A stretch of DNA of 64,000 bases from Deltaproteobacteria bacterium (GTDB taxonomy: Bacteria > Desulfobacterota > Binatia > UBA12015), in assembly GCA_046583355.1 (NCBI GenBank), contig JAYGCM010000063.1, positions 1 through 64,000 on the forward strand, given 5' to 3'. The notes beneath the pieces are model-generated. The model was not told the DNA's origin. It did not search any database and saw nothing but the letters and a program-made list of their open reading frames with translations. This document shows, in pieces, positions 1 to 9,822 of the stretch (positions are counted from its first letter, which is position 1; every line of letters starts with the position of its first letter). The position numbers were made by a program, and so were the translations under genes.

Positions 1-425
1 AGCAATTCTGGTACGCGAAAGCGCGCGCTCTCGACGGCGATGGAAAGATCGCTCATCAGGGTCATGACGAGGCCGCCGCCTTGGCACATGCCGTTGATGG
101 CCACGAGGAAGAGCTTCGGGCAGCGCTCGATCTCGACGAAAGGCGTCACATCGAGGCGATCCGTGAAGGGATCCATCGTGGTGGCCCCTTCATGCTTGCC
201 ACCGAGCTCACCGCCGACGCAGAAGATATCGCCCGCGCCGGTGACGACGAGAATATCGATCTCGGCATCTTCCTCCGCAACACGGCAGGCGCGTTTCATC
301 CCATGGTACATCTCGGTGGTCATCGCATTTTTGCGTTCCGGCCGATCGATGCGAACGTTGAGAACGCCGTCTTCGGAAGACGCGTCAAGGTAGCGGGAGT
401 GAAGGTCGATGGCTTTTGCGGACAT
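1..425 (-). CDS. Enoyl-CoA hydratase/isomerase (crotonase), 3' end outside window
   Basis: Not in the ORF track. Manual translation from ATG at 425: MSAKAIDLHSRYLDASSEDGVLNVRIDRPERKNAMT...VVTGAGDIFCVGGE...AINGMCQGGG...SDLSIAVESARFRVPE, with crotonase motifs. Start overlaps the Rieske stop (TGATG). Confidence 0.88.
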   Translation of the reverse strand, partial: MSAKAIDLHSRYLDASSEDGVLNVRIDRPERKNAMTTEMYHGMKRACRVAEEDAEIDILVVTGAGDIFCVGGELGGKHEGATTMDPFTDRLDVTPFVEIERCPKLFLVAINGMCQGGGLVMTLMSDLSIAVESARFRVPEL

Positions 426-1849
426 CAGGAATTCTCCTCAGTGTCATCGTCGTCGAAAAGGAAACGATCCGCGGTCTGGTGGGCATGCATGATGGCCGAC
501 TCCTGCAGCGGATTGATGCGGATATGCGTGAAGCCCCGGGAATGCATGCCGGCGGTCATTGCGGGGAAGTTCGTGAAATCCTGCGGCAGGAGGAGCCCCC
601 AGCCATCGTGCTCACGCCAATCTTCAATGATTTCCGGCTCACGAACGGCGTCCTCTTCCCCTTCGGGCGGCAGTTCCAGCGTCCAGACCTCGAAGAGGCA
701 CGAATCGACATCATCCCCGTTGGGCCGAATCCGGTAGCCAAGCGCGCAGCCGGGCTCGAAAAGCCCGACCATATTGGGGAAGAAATGCCAATTGCCCTGT
801 CCCGCACGGAATTGCTCGTCGTCCAGTACCGGCCAGACAATGCCGGCCGCTTCGGCTTCCTCGCGACGCAGCTCCTGGAAGGCGGCAAAGGCCGTCTGCC
901 CCTCGGGCAATTCGGTTTTGCGCAGACGCCGCGCCGCGCGCACATCGTGCTTTGTCGCGAGCGCCAGCAGATGCGCCGCGTGGTATTCGATGAGTGTCGC
1001 AAAGCCTTCTACATCGCGGGCATTGGCGACCCGCGACGTCTGCGTCCCGCCAGCACCGGGCCTTACGCCATGCAGGAAACGCGAGTGCACGCCGGCGTCG
1101 AAGCTTCGGGTGAGCGGCGCCCGACGCAGCTCTTCGAGATCGGCCGGACCATGATCCAAACGGTCACGGCGGGTATTCTGTGGATGCGTCCCACCGACAT
1201 GATACGCCTCGATGAAGGCATCTGTGGCGGTCTTCCAATTGACCGGCATGATGGTGCTTTTGAACCATCGGTAGCGCATGCGCTCCGGCTCAAAGGGATC
1301 CAGGGCCTCGGCCACCGGCGACAACCACTCGCGTAGCGGCGGGGGGTTCGCGCCGAGGTGGACGAAGACCCAACCGCCCCAGGTATCTACATGGCAATCG
1401 GCGAGCTGAATCTTCTCGATTGAGAAATCGGGCCCGAAATCTTCGGCTTCATGCACATAGGTGCATTGGCCCTTGAGGTCGTAGCACCAAGCGTGGAAGG
1501 GACAGCGGATTTCCGTGAGATGCCCGCGCCCGGATACCAGGCGCATGCCACGATGCGCGCAGGTATTGTAGAAAGCACGCACCTTTCCCTCACCGGCATT
1601 GACGACGAGGATCGACTCTTGGCCGATCGTATACTCGACGAAATCGCCGGCGACCGGCATCTCCTCAAGACGGCAGGCCATCTGCCACACATTGCCGAAA
1701 AGGCGCTCATACTCGAGCCGGAGGAACTCCGGGTCAATGTAGCGCGCCCGCGGAATCCTGTTGTGCTCAAGCTGCCAGCGCTGCCGTTTTTGCGATCCAC
1801 CACCCATGAAGACGGAGTCGAGATTTCCAGAAGCGAGCAATTTTGTCAA
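425..1849 (-). CDS. Rieske non-heme iron oxygenase, alpha subunit
   Basis: Rieske motif CAHRG...CPFHAW; mononuclear Fe motif NWK...EAYHVGGTH; C-terminal QD. True start may be the ATG at about 1808. Confidence 0.92.
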   Translation of the reverse strand: MTKLLASGNLDSVFMGGGSQKRQRWQLEHNRIPRARYIDPEFLRLEYERLFGNVWQMACRLEEMPVAGDFVEYTIGQESILVVNAGEGKVRAFYNTCAHRGMRLVSGRGHLTEIRCPFHAWCYDLKGQCTYVHEAEDFGPDFSIEKIQLADCHVDTWGGWVFVHLGANPPPLREWLSPVAEALDPFEPERMRYRWFKSTIMPVNWKTATDAFIEAYHVGGTHPQNTRRDRLDHGPADLEELRRAPLTRSFDAGVHSRFLHGVRPGAGGTQTSRVANARDVEGFATLIEYHAAHLLALATKHDVRAARRLRKTELPEGQTAFAAFQELRREEAEAAGIVWPVLDDEQFRAGQGNWHFFPNMVGLFEPGCALGYRIRPNGDDVDSCLFEVWTLELPPEGEEDAVREPEIIEDWREHDGWGLLLPQDFTNFPAMTAGMHSRGFTHIRINPLQESAIMHAHQTADRFLFDDDDTEENS

Positions 1850-1936
1850 CTTACTTGATTAATTTTCTCCATTCTTTGCCCGAATCCAGCAGCAGGCCTT
1901 GACCAGCTAGTCAATTTACTTAACCATACTGATCGA
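1845..1936. promoter_or_regulatory. Divergent promoter with candidate operator palindromes
   Basis: TTGACCAGCTAGTCAA at 1899-1914, TTAACCATACTGATCGA at 1920-1936 and GTCAACTTACTTGAT at 1845-1859, all in an AT-rich gap between divergent genes. Confidence 0.5.
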
Positions 1937-1937
1937 G

Positions 1938-3170
1938 ATGGATCTCCGACTCGACGGTGCCGCCCTTCGCTTCCAGGAGGGCCTTCGCACGTTTCTCGCC
2001 AGCCATTGGCGTGGTCCCGACGCGGATGGAATCTCGCCGGACGACCCGACGGCCTTCTTCGCCGCAGCGACGCGCCAAGGCTATCTCTACCGCCATATCC
2101 CCAAGTGCTGGGGCGGTGCTGGCGCGGCCCCGGATCCGCTGCTGGACGATATCATCGATCGGGAATTCGATGCCGTCGGCGCACCCACCGGATTGCGCGG
2201 CGAAGGTCCGGATATGCTGGTGCCGACTCTCCTTGAACGCGGCACCGAAGAGCAACGCTCCGAGTTCATCGCGCCTACCCTGCGCGGCGAGATCACCTGG
2301 TGCCAGGGCTACAGCGAGCCCGACGCCGGAAGCGATCTCGCCTCCCTGCGTTGCCGCGCGGTACTCGAGGGCGACGAATGGGTCGTAACCGGCCAGAAGA
2401 TCTGGACAAGCAGCGCGCACCACGCCGATTGGATGTTCGGGCTCTTCCGCACGGAACCCGAAAAGCCGCGCCACGCCGGCATCTCCTACCTTCTGATCCC
2501 CATGAAGCAGCCGGGTATCGAGGTGCGCCCGCTCAAACAAATGACCGGCAGCGACGAATTCAACGAAGTCTTTCTCGACGGCGCACGCACGCATATCCGC
2601 TACACCGTCGGCCAGCGCGGTGAGGGCTGGGCCGTGAGCCGCGCGACGCTCGCGCACGAGCGCGCCTTGATCGGCAACCCGCGCAAGGTGCAGCGTCAAT
2701 TCGAAGACCTCGTCGAACTGGCCCGACGCAGCCACCGGGGCGGACGCGCGGCCATCAAGGATCCGGGCATCCGGCGCCGGCTGGTCGAAATCGAAGGCTA
2801 CCTGCTCTCGCAGCGCTACACCCGGCTGCGCCTGCTCAGTGCTGCCGTGAGCGGCGAGGAGGCGAAAGTCGCGATGCCGATGCTGATGAGCAAATTGCAT
2901 ACGAACGATATCGGCAAAATGATTGTCCAGCTCGCACTCGATCTCACCGACGCCGAAGAAGGCCTGCATACGCCCGACCCCAGCCGCGCAATCCTTGGCG
3001 CCGCCGATATTCCGGGGGCATGGACGGCCAAATATATGTTTTCGCACGGCTCCGCCTTGGGCGGGGGCGCGCCGAATATTCAACGCAACCTGATTGGCGA
3101 GCGCGCACTCGGCCTGCCGCGCGACCCGCGGCCGCAGCCGAAATCCGGCACTACAGGAGAAGGTAGTTGA
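1938..3170 (+). CDS. Acyl-CoA dehydrogenase (alpha-type subunit of heteromeric steroid-type ACADs)
   Basis: WCQGYSEPDAGSDLASL, GQKIWTS, FNEVFLD, LAHER, GGGAPNIQRN. Confidence 0.92.
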   Translation: MDLRLDGAALRFQEGLRTFLASHWRGPDADGISPDDPTAFFAAATRQGYLYRHIPKCWGGAGAAPDPLLDDIIDREFDAVGAPTGLRGEGPDMLVPTLLERGTEEQRSEFIAPTLRGEITWCQGYSEPDAGSDLASLRCRAVLEGDEWVVTGQKIWTSSAHHADWMFGLFRTEPEKPRHAGISYLLIPMKQPGIEVRPLKQMTGSDEFNEVFLDGARTHIRYTVGQRGEGWAVSRATLAHERALIGNPRKVQRQFEDLVELARRSHRGGRAAIKDPGIRRRLVEIEGYLLSQRYTRLRLLSAAVSGEEAKVAMPMLMSKLHTNDIGKMIVQLALDLTDAEEGLHTPDPSRAILGAADIPGAWTAKYMFSHGSALGGGAPNIQRNLIGERALGLPRDPRPQPKSGTTGEGS

Positions 3171-4102
3171 AATTCACCGTTGGCCTACCCTTCACGACCT
3201 CGCCCCCGAACCCGGAATTTCTCACCATGGAAGCTGTTTCGCGCTTAGCGCAGGCAGCGGAACGCGCTGGGTTTCACTCGATTTTCGCCACCGAGCACCC
3301 TGCCCCCGAGGAAGCATGGCGCCTATCGGGTGGGCACGACGCGCTGGACCCCTTCATCGCGCTGACCGTCGCGGCTGCGGCCACACAGAAGCTGCGCTTG
3401 CTGACGAGCCTTACCGTAGTGCCGGTTCGCAACCCGCTGCTTCTCGCCAAAACGGTTGCGACACTCGATGCGCTTTCGGGCGGACGGCTCACGCTCGGTG
3501 TCGGCACCGGCTATCTCGAGTCCGAGTACGCCGCTCTCGGCGTCGACTTTGCCGAGCGCAACGACCTCTTCCGCGAAGCCATGGAGGTTCTCCCCCTGGC
3601 CTTCGCAGGCGAGCCCTTCGACTACGAGGGGCGGCATTTCCGGGCGAAGAATATCCGCTCCCTGCCCACGCCCGTCCAGACACCAGGGCCGCCGATCTGG
3701 ATCGGTGGTAACTCGAAGCTCGCACGCCGCCGGGTCATCGAATGGGGCAGCGGCTGGATGCCGATGTTCAACCCACGCGCCCTGGGCGCGCGCCGGCGCT
3801 CGGCCCACCTGGAGAACCTCGAAGACCTGGCCGGCATGCTGCAACACCTCCGCGAGCTGGCCGAAAAGGCAGAACGCAGCGACCCGATCGACGTCCTCTT
3901 CTCGCCGCTCCGCGGCGGCTTCCCCGGCACCGAGCGGTGGCGGCCACAACGCTACTCGGAGGCATTGGACGAACTCGCCGAGATGGGCGTCACCGGCTGC
4001 GCCGTGCGCATTCCCTCGGACAATCTTGCCCATGCGCTCGATGCCATCGGCGCCTTCGGCGAGGACATCATTCAGACACGCCCAAGAGAAGGATCCGCAT
4101 GA
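3167..4102 (+). CDS. LLM-class, probably F420-dependent, oxidoreductase
   Basis: TEHPAP, DPFIAL, TLDALSGGRLTLGVGTGYLESE, PPIWIGG; TTG start overlaps the upstream stop. Confidence 0.85.
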   Translation: MKFTVGLPFTTSPPNPEFLTMEAVSRLAQAAERAGFHSIFATEHPAPEEAWRLSGGHDALDPFIALTVAAAATQKLRLLTSLTVVPVRNPLLLAKTVATLDALSGGRLTLGVGTGYLESEYAALGVDFAERNDLFREAMEVLPLAFAGEPFDYEGRHFRAKNIRSLPTPVQTPGPPIWIGGNSKLARRRVIEWGSGWMPMFNPRALGARRRSAHLENLEDLAGMLQHLRELAEKAERSDPIDVLFSPLRGGFPGTERWRPQRYSEALDELAEMGVTGCAVRIPSDNLAHALDAIGAFGEDIIQTRPREGSA

Positions 4103-4629
4103 ACCCGACTACCGAAGATCGGCTGCAAAGGCTGGAAGAACGCCTCCTGCGCCTGGAGGACGAAGCCGCCGTGCATCGCCTCATCGTCCGCTACGGCCTC
4201 GCGGTAGATGCCGGCGACGCCGAAGCTGCCATGGCGCTCTTCACCGAAGATACCATCTACGATGTCGGCGCGGTGAAAACCGGGCTTGAAGATGGGGCAA
4301 GCAAACCGCTCATCATGCGCGGCCGTGCCGCGGTCGGCGAGATGGTGAAATCCGCAGCGCACCAGAGGCTGTTGCCGAATTCGGCCCATACGATCGGCCC
4401 TGTCGTCGCGGAAGTCGATGGCGACCAGGCACGTGCCACTGGCTATACGCGAATCTACCACCTCGAGAGCGGCGATTATCGCCTCTTCCGCATAGCCGTC
4501 AACCACTGGCAATTACGCCGCGAAGATGGCATTTGGCTCATCCACCGCCGCGTATCGCGCGTGCTGGGATCCGACGAAGTACAGTCCATCATGCGCGAGG
4601 CATTGGGCGACGGGACCGGTCCAAGCTGA
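4099..4629 (+). CDS. NTF2/SnoaL-like family protein
   Basis: LEDEAAVHRLIVRYGLAVD...LFTED...VDGDQA...LRREDGIWLI pattern; ATG 4099 overlaps the upstream TGA. Confidence 0.82.
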   Translation: MNPTTEDRLQRLEERLLRLEDEAAVHRLIVRYGLAVDAGDAEAAMALFTEDTIYDVGAVKTGLEDGASKPLIMRGRAAVGEMVKSAAHQRLLPNSAHTIGPVVAEVDGDQARATGYTRIYHLESGDYRLFRIAVNHWQLRREDGIWLIHRRVSRVLGSDEVQSIMREALGDGTGPS

Positions 4630-4666
4630 TGACAATCCATATTTACCAAAAGAAAGAGATCCTCCA

Positions 4667-6091
4667 ATGAAAACAGGCGACGAATACCGAGCCTCCCTGC
4701 GCGACGGGCGTCGCATTTTCTTCGACGGAGAGTTGGTCGAAGATGTAACCGAACATCCATTCATGCGCGGAGCCGTCGGCCTGATCGCCGCGGGTTACGA
4801 CAAGCAATTCGCAGCCGGACCCGAAGCCACCGCACCCGCCTACGAGCCGCCGCGCTCCTCGGACGACCTGCGCCGGCGTCTTGAGATGCTCACGCAATGG
4901 GATGTCTCACTGGTCACGACACTCGAAACCTTCAACGCGCTGCGCACGGCAGCCAGCCGGATGAAGGATAAGCACCCGGAATACGCAGAGCGGATCGACC
5001 GCTACATCGCGGATTGTCAGGCGAACGATATTCGCTGCGTCCAGGCGATCACTGACGCCAAAGGGAATCGGGCCCTATCGCCCGCCAAGCAGGACGACCC
5101 CGACGCCTACGTTCATATCGTCGAGCGTCGCCCGGACGGAATCGTCATCAATGGCGCCAAGTTGCATATCTCCGCGGCCGCAATCACGCATGAAATGCTC
5201 ATCATGCCGACCAAGCGAATGAAGGCGGGCGAAGAAGAATGGGCCGTGGCCTGCGCCGTGCCGGTCGATGCGCCCGGCGTGACCATCCTCAACGCCACCT
5301 CCGCACCCCACGAGGACGATCTGCACTACCACCCCTACAGCAAGACACGCATGATGCCCGAGGGTTTCGTCGTTCTGGACCATGTCTTCATTCCGAACGA
5401 GCGCATCTTCCTGGCCGGCGAAATCGAATACTCCGCGACCTTCGCGCATAGTCTCGGCCTCTGGCAGCGACTCGGCGGTACGGCGCATATGGCGAAGAAC
5501 GCCGATATGCTTGTCGGCCTGGCCAAGCTCCTCGCCGAGGCAAACGGCCTCGATCGCGTGCATCATATCCGCGACAAAATTTCCGAAATGGTGATCTACG
5601 CCGCACTGGTTCGCGCCGGCCTCGAAGCAGCGATCATCAACGTAACAAAAACGCCCGAGGGTTGGGTGTCACCGAGCGAACTCTATACCAACGCGGCCAA
5701 ATTCTACGGCGCGCGCGAGTTCGGCCGTATGCTCCAATATATCCACGATATCGGCGGCGGCTCCATCGTCACGGCACCGATGCCGGGCGATCTGGATAAC
5801 CCCGAGACGCGCGGCTACCTCGAAAAATACATGCGCACGATGGACGGCGTGAGCGGCGAATACCGCACGCGTCTTTTCCATGCCATCCGCGATATCACGG
5901 CCGATACCTTCAGCGGCTGGTGGCAGGTCACGACCCTTCTCTCCGGTGGTGGCCTCCATGCCCAGAAAATGGTCGCGACAAACCACTATCCGATGGAGAA
6001 GGCCAAGGCGCTGGCGCGCAAGGCCGCCGGGCTCGAAGAGATCGAAGTGAAGGCCGCCACGACGCCAAAGCGCAAGCAGGGGGCGGCCTGA
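4667..6091 (+). CDS. HpaB/4-hydroxybutyryl-CoA dehydratase (AbfD)-like flavoprotein
   Basis: MKTGDEYRASLRDGR, AITDAKGNRALSPAKQDDPD, VERRPDGIVINGAKLH, DHVFIPNERIF. Confidence 0.85.
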   Translation: MKTGDEYRASLRDGRRIFFDGELVEDVTEHPFMRGAVGLIAAGYDKQFAAGPEATAPAYEPPRSSDDLRRRLEMLTQWDVSLVTTLETFNALRTAASRMKDKHPEYAERIDRYIADCQANDIRCVQAITDAKGNRALSPAKQDDPDAYVHIVERRPDGIVINGAKLHISAAAITHEMLIMPTKRMKAGEEEWAVACAVPVDAPGVTILNATSAPHEDDLHYHPYSKTRMMPEGFVVLDHVFIPNERIFLAGEIEYSATFAHSLGLWQRLGGTAHMAKNADMLVGLAKLLAEANGLDRVHHIRDKISEMVIYAALVRAGLEAAIINVTKTPEGWVSPSELYTNAAKFYGAREFGRMLQYIHDIGGGSIVTAPMPGDLDNPETRGYLEKYMRTMDGVSGEYRTRLFHAIRDITADTFSGWWQVTTLLSGGGLHAQKMVATNHYPMEKAKALARKAAGLEEIEVKAATTPKRKQGAA

Positions 6092-6096
6092 CCAGC

Positions 6097-7794
6097 ATGG
6101 CCGTGCCACGCGATACGAAAATCGTCGATCTACTCCGCGTCCGCGCCTTCGACGACCGCATAGGCCTGCTCTTCGAAGAAGAGAGCTGGACCTGGCGGGA
6201 GGTCGTACGCGAAATGCATTTGCGTGCTCGGATGCTGCTGGAGAGGCGGCCGCCGGGCCCCTTTCATGTAGGAGTGCTGCTCGACAACGGCCCCGAGTTC
6301 ACCTTTCTTCTCGGCGCCGCGGCGCTCGCCGGCGCCGTCGTGGTCGGCCTCAACCCGACCCGGCGCGGTGCGGAACTCGAGCGCGATATCCGCCACACTT
6401 CGTGCGGGCTCTTGATCAGCGAGGCCAAGCATCGGCCGCTGCTCGACGAGATCGACCACGGCATCACCGCCGAGCACCTCTTCTTTGTCGATGACGAGGA
6501 CTGGCCCGCCGCATTGGCGGCATCGGCGGGCAGTCACCTTCCGGAACAGATGGCGGGCAAACGCGCCCCCTGGGTCCTCGTCTTCACCTCGGGTACGACC
6601 GGCCACCCGAAGGCCGCCATCGGCTCACAAGAGCGTCTCGTTCTGAGTGCGCGCGGACTCGTCGAGAGGCGTCACGTCACGGCACGCGACGTCATCTACC
6701 AGACGATGCCGCTCTTCCATTCCAATGCCCAGAACGCCTGGGCGGCCACCCTGATCTCCGGCGCGACGCTGGCGCTGCGCCGCCGCTTCTCCGCATCCGG
6801 CTTCCTGCCCGATGTGCGCCGCTTCGGCGCGACGCTCTTCAATTACGTCGGCAAGCCGCTGAGCTATATCCTGGCGACGCCGGAAGAACCGGGCGACGAT
6901 GAGAATCCTCTGCGCCTCGCCTACGGCAACGAGGCCACGCCCCACGATCTCGACCGCTTCGCCAAGCGCTTCGGCTGTGAGGTCCGCGACTCCTACGGAT
7001 CGACTGAGGGCGGGATCACCATCGTGCGCAGCGAGGACACGCCGCCGAGCGCGCTCGGCCGCGGCCAGGCGGGCACGGTAATTCTCGACCCGGCGACCGG
7101 CCGTGAATGTCCGCCAGCGGAAATCGACGCGGACGGCCGGATCCGCAACGCCGAGCAAGCCATCGGCGAGATCGCCAACCGGGAGGTCGTGCGGAATTTC
7201 GAGGGGTATTGGAACAATGCCGAAGCCGACCAGGAACGGACACGCGACGGGGTCTATTGGAGCGGCGATCTCGGCTACCGCGACCCGGCCGGCTTTCTCT
7301 ATTTCGCCGGTCGCGGCGACGATTGGATGCGAATCGACGGCGAGAATATCGCGACCGCGCCGATCGAGCGAATCTTGACGCGACATCCCGATATCGCCTT
7401 GGCGGCCATCTACCCCGTGCCGGACCACCTGGTCGGCGACCAGGCGATGGCGGCGATCGTTCTTGAAAATGGTCGCGAATTCGATGCCCGGGCGTTCACC
7501 ACGTTTCTCGCCGAGCAACGCGACCTCGGCACGAAGGCCGCCCCCCTCTATATCCGAACCGCGGCGCGGCTCGCCTCGACCGAAACCCACAAGATTCTCA
7601 AGCGCGTGCTGCGGCGTGAATGCTGGGAATGCGATGACCCCGTGTGGCGACGCGAAGCGGACGGCTCGTTCCGCCTCCTCGCCAGCACGGACGTAGGTGA
7701 GATCCGCGCAAGGTTCCGCGCACGCGACCGCGAGGCGCTGCTCGACCAACGCGCGGCCGTGCCCGCTGCCCCGAGGGAGACCGAGGCGGGATGA
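6097..7794 (+). CDS. Acyl-CoA synthetase (FadD17/FadD1-like)
   Basis: AMP-binding FTSGTTGHPK, PLFHSNA, YGSTEGG, SGDL, RIDGEN, TETHKILKR. Confidence 0.92.
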   Translation: MAVPRDTKIVDLLRVRAFDDRIGLLFEEESWTWREVVREMHLRARMLLERRPPGPFHVGVLLDNGPEFTFLLGAAALAGAVVVGLNPTRRGAELERDIRHTSCGLLISEAKHRPLLDEIDHGITAEHLFFVDDEDWPAALAASAGSHLPEQMAGKRAPWVLVFTSGTTGHPKAAIGSQERLVLSARGLVERRHVTARDVIYQTMPLFHSNAQNAWAATLISGATLALRRRFSASGFLPDVRRFGATLFNYVGKPLSYILATPEEPGDDENPLRLAYGNEATPHDLDRFAKRFGCEVRDSYGSTEGGITIVRSEDTPPSALGRGQAGTVILDPATGRECPPAEIDADGRIRNAEQAIGEIANREVVRNFEGYWNNAEADQERTRDGVYWSGDLGYRDPAGFLYFAGRGDDWMRIDGENIATAPIERILTRHPDIALAAIYPVPDHLVGDQAMAAIVLENGREFDARAFTTFLAEQRDLGTKAAPLYIRTAARLASTETHKILKRVLRRECWECDDPVWRREADGSFRLLASTDVGEIRARFRARDREALLDQRAAVPAAPRETEAG

Positions 7795-8870
7795 AATTCG
7801 CGCTTTCCCAGGAGCACGACCTCCTCCAGGAGATGGTGCGCTCTCTCATCGAGAAGGAATGTCCGGCCGCACGCCGCCATGCCATCGCCGATGGCGACGC
7901 CGGCTTCGACCCGGCGCATTGGCGCGCGCTCGGCGAGCTCGGCCTCGCGGGTTTGATGACACCAGCCGAATTCGGCGGCACCGGACTCGGCCTGCTGGAG
8001 CTGGCCCTGGTGGCCGAGAGCCTCGGCGAGGGAGCCCTGCCCGGCCCCTTCCTCGGCCATGCCTTGGCGAGCCTCGCCCTCACGCTGGGCGGCAGTCCGT
8101 CACAAAAAAAGGCGTGGCTGCCACGCCTGGCCACCGGCGAGGCGCTGGCGACGATCGCCTTTGCCGAAGCAGACGATATCTGGCAGCCCGAGGAGTGGCG
8201 CCTGGCCTTCGCCAGCGGGCGACTCTCCGGCACCAAGCGTCTCGTCCCGCAGGCGCAGCTGGCCGACCTGATCGTCGTCGGTGTCGCCGGTGGCGGGCTC
8301 GTTTTGATCGAGCGCAGCGCAGCCGGCATCTCGCTCGCGCCCTTTGATGGGGTCGATGGCACGCGGCGGCTGGACACCTTGACGCTCGACGGGGTCTGCG
8401 GCGAAGCGCTGCCGGACGGCGCCGAGGCGGCCCGCCGCGTCCGCGACGCGGGCCTCGTTCTTCTCGCTGCCGATGCCTTCGGCGGGGCCTGGCGTCTGCT
8501 GCGCGATACCATCGCCTACCTCGACACACGCGTACAATTCGGCCGCCGACTGTCCGAGTTTCAGGGCATCAAGCATCAACTCGCGAATCTCGCGACCGGT
8601 CTGGAACCCTCTCGAGCACTCCTCTGGTATGCCGCGCACGCCTTTGACCAGGAAGAGGCAGATGCTCCGCGGCTCGCGGCGATCGCGAAGGCGCATATCA
8701 CCGACCGTGCGATGGAAATCGCCCGCGAAGCCGTCGAGTTACACGGCGGCATCGGCTTCACCTGGGAGTGCGGCGTCCACCTCTGGTACAAACGCGCGAT
8801 GTTCGACCGCGCGTTTCTCGGCCTGCCCGGGGCGCAGCGCGAACGCAGCGCCGACCTGGCTGGCTGGTGA
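7791..8870 (+). CDS. Acyl-CoA dehydrogenase, short beta-type subunit
   Basis: MKFALSQEH...LGELGLAGL...RVQFGRRLSEFQGIKHQLA...LHGGIGFTWE; lacks the SEP..GSD motif. Confidence 0.9.
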   Translation: MKFALSQEHDLLQEMVRSLIEKECPAARRHAIADGDAGFDPAHWRALGELGLAGLMTPAEFGGTGLGLLELALVAESLGEGALPGPFLGHALASLALTLGGSPSQKKAWLPRLATGEALATIAFAEADDIWQPEEWRLAFASGRLSGTKRLVPQAQLADLIVVGVAGGGLVLIERSAAGISLAPFDGVDGTRRLDTLTLDGVCGEALPDGAEAARRVRDAGLVLLAADAFGGAWRLLRDTIAYLDTRVQFGRRLSEFQGIKHQLANLATGLEPSRALLWYAAHAFDQEEADAPRLAAIAKAHITDRAMEIAREAVELHGGIGFTWECGVHLWYKRAMFDRAFLGLPGAQRERSADLAGW

Positions 8871-8883
8871 AGGGAGAAGGATC

Positions 8884-9822
8884 GTGGCTGCCAATTTTTC
8901 ATTGCCCTTTCCCGACGGCTGGTTCGCCGTCTGCTATGGCGACGAACTCGCCGCGGGCGAGGTCAAAGCGTTGCACTACTTCGATCGCGAGCTCATCGCG
9001 TTTCGCGGCGACGACGGCCAGGTGCATATTCTCGATGCCTACTGCCCGCACCTCGGCGCGCATCTCGGCTACGGCGGCAAGGTCTGCGGCAATACCATCC
9101 GCTGCCCCTTCCACCATTGGGAATTCGATGGCAGCGGTAGCTGCGTAAAGATTCCCTACGCGAAGAAAATCCCGCCGAAGGCGCGCCTTGGCACCTGGCC
9201 GAGCTGCGAGCGCAACGGCCTCGTCCTCGTCTGGCACCACGGCAGCGGTGCGCCGCCAGCATGGGAAGTGCCCGAAGTCGCCGAGGCCACTGCCGATGAT
9301 TGGGTCGATACCGAACGTCACGATTGGACGATCCGCAGCCAGGTCCAGGAGATCACCGAGAACGGCGTCGATAGTGCCCATTTCGAATTCGTGCACGGCA
9401 CGCTGGGCCGACCCGCGAGCGAGGTCGCATTTGACGGACCATTGCGCCATGCCCGCCACGAGATCCGAATGCAGACGCCGCGCGGCGATATCAATGGTGT
9501 GATCGAATCGCACACCTTCGGCCTCGGGCTCTCGACCGTACGCTACTCCGGCATCAGCGAGACCATGCAGGTTCTTTCCACGACGCCGATCGACGCACGG
9601 CACGTCGTGCACCGAAAATCCTTTCGCCAGCCGCGGCCGAAGGGCTCGTCCAGCAGCGGCGCAGCAGCAGCTCTGATCCGCAACATCGTCAAGCAGATCC
9701 GCGAGGATATCCCGATCTGGGAGCATAAAACCTACCGGGAACACCCCATGCTCTGCGACGGTGACGGCCCGATCGGCAAATACCGCCAATGGTGCCGGCA
9801 ATTCTACACCGAGGACTTATGA
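8884..9822 (+). CDS. Rieske sterol oxygenase, KshA/Neverland-like
   Basis: PDGWF, CPHLGA...CPFHHW, ENGVDSAHFEFVH, C-terminal DIPIWEHK...LCDGDGPIGKYRQWCRQFY; GTG start after GGAGAAGG. Confidence 0.88.
   Translation: MAANFSLPFPDGWFAVCYGDELAAGEVKALHYFDRELIAFRGDDGQVHILDAYCPHLGAHLGYGGKVCGNTIRCPFHHWEFDGSGSCVKIPYAKKIPPKARLGTWPSCERNGLVLVWHHGSGAPPAWEVPEVAEATADDWVDTERHDWTIRSQVQEITENGVDSAHFEFVHGTLGRPASEVAFDGPLRHARHEIRMQTPRGDINGVIESHTFGLGLSTVRYSGISETMQVLSTTPIDARHVVHRKSFRQPRPKGSSSSGAAAALIRNIVKQIREDIPIWEHKTYREHPMLCDGDGPIGKYRQWCRQFYTEDL

Noticed and set aside
40..1858. Long plus-strand ORFs opposite the crotonase and Rieske genes, and many similar antisense ORFs (e.g. 13197-15005, 23753-25492, 54971-56542)
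   Set aside because: Shadow ORFs typical of high-GC DNA; they show no motifs and lie opposite well-supported genes.
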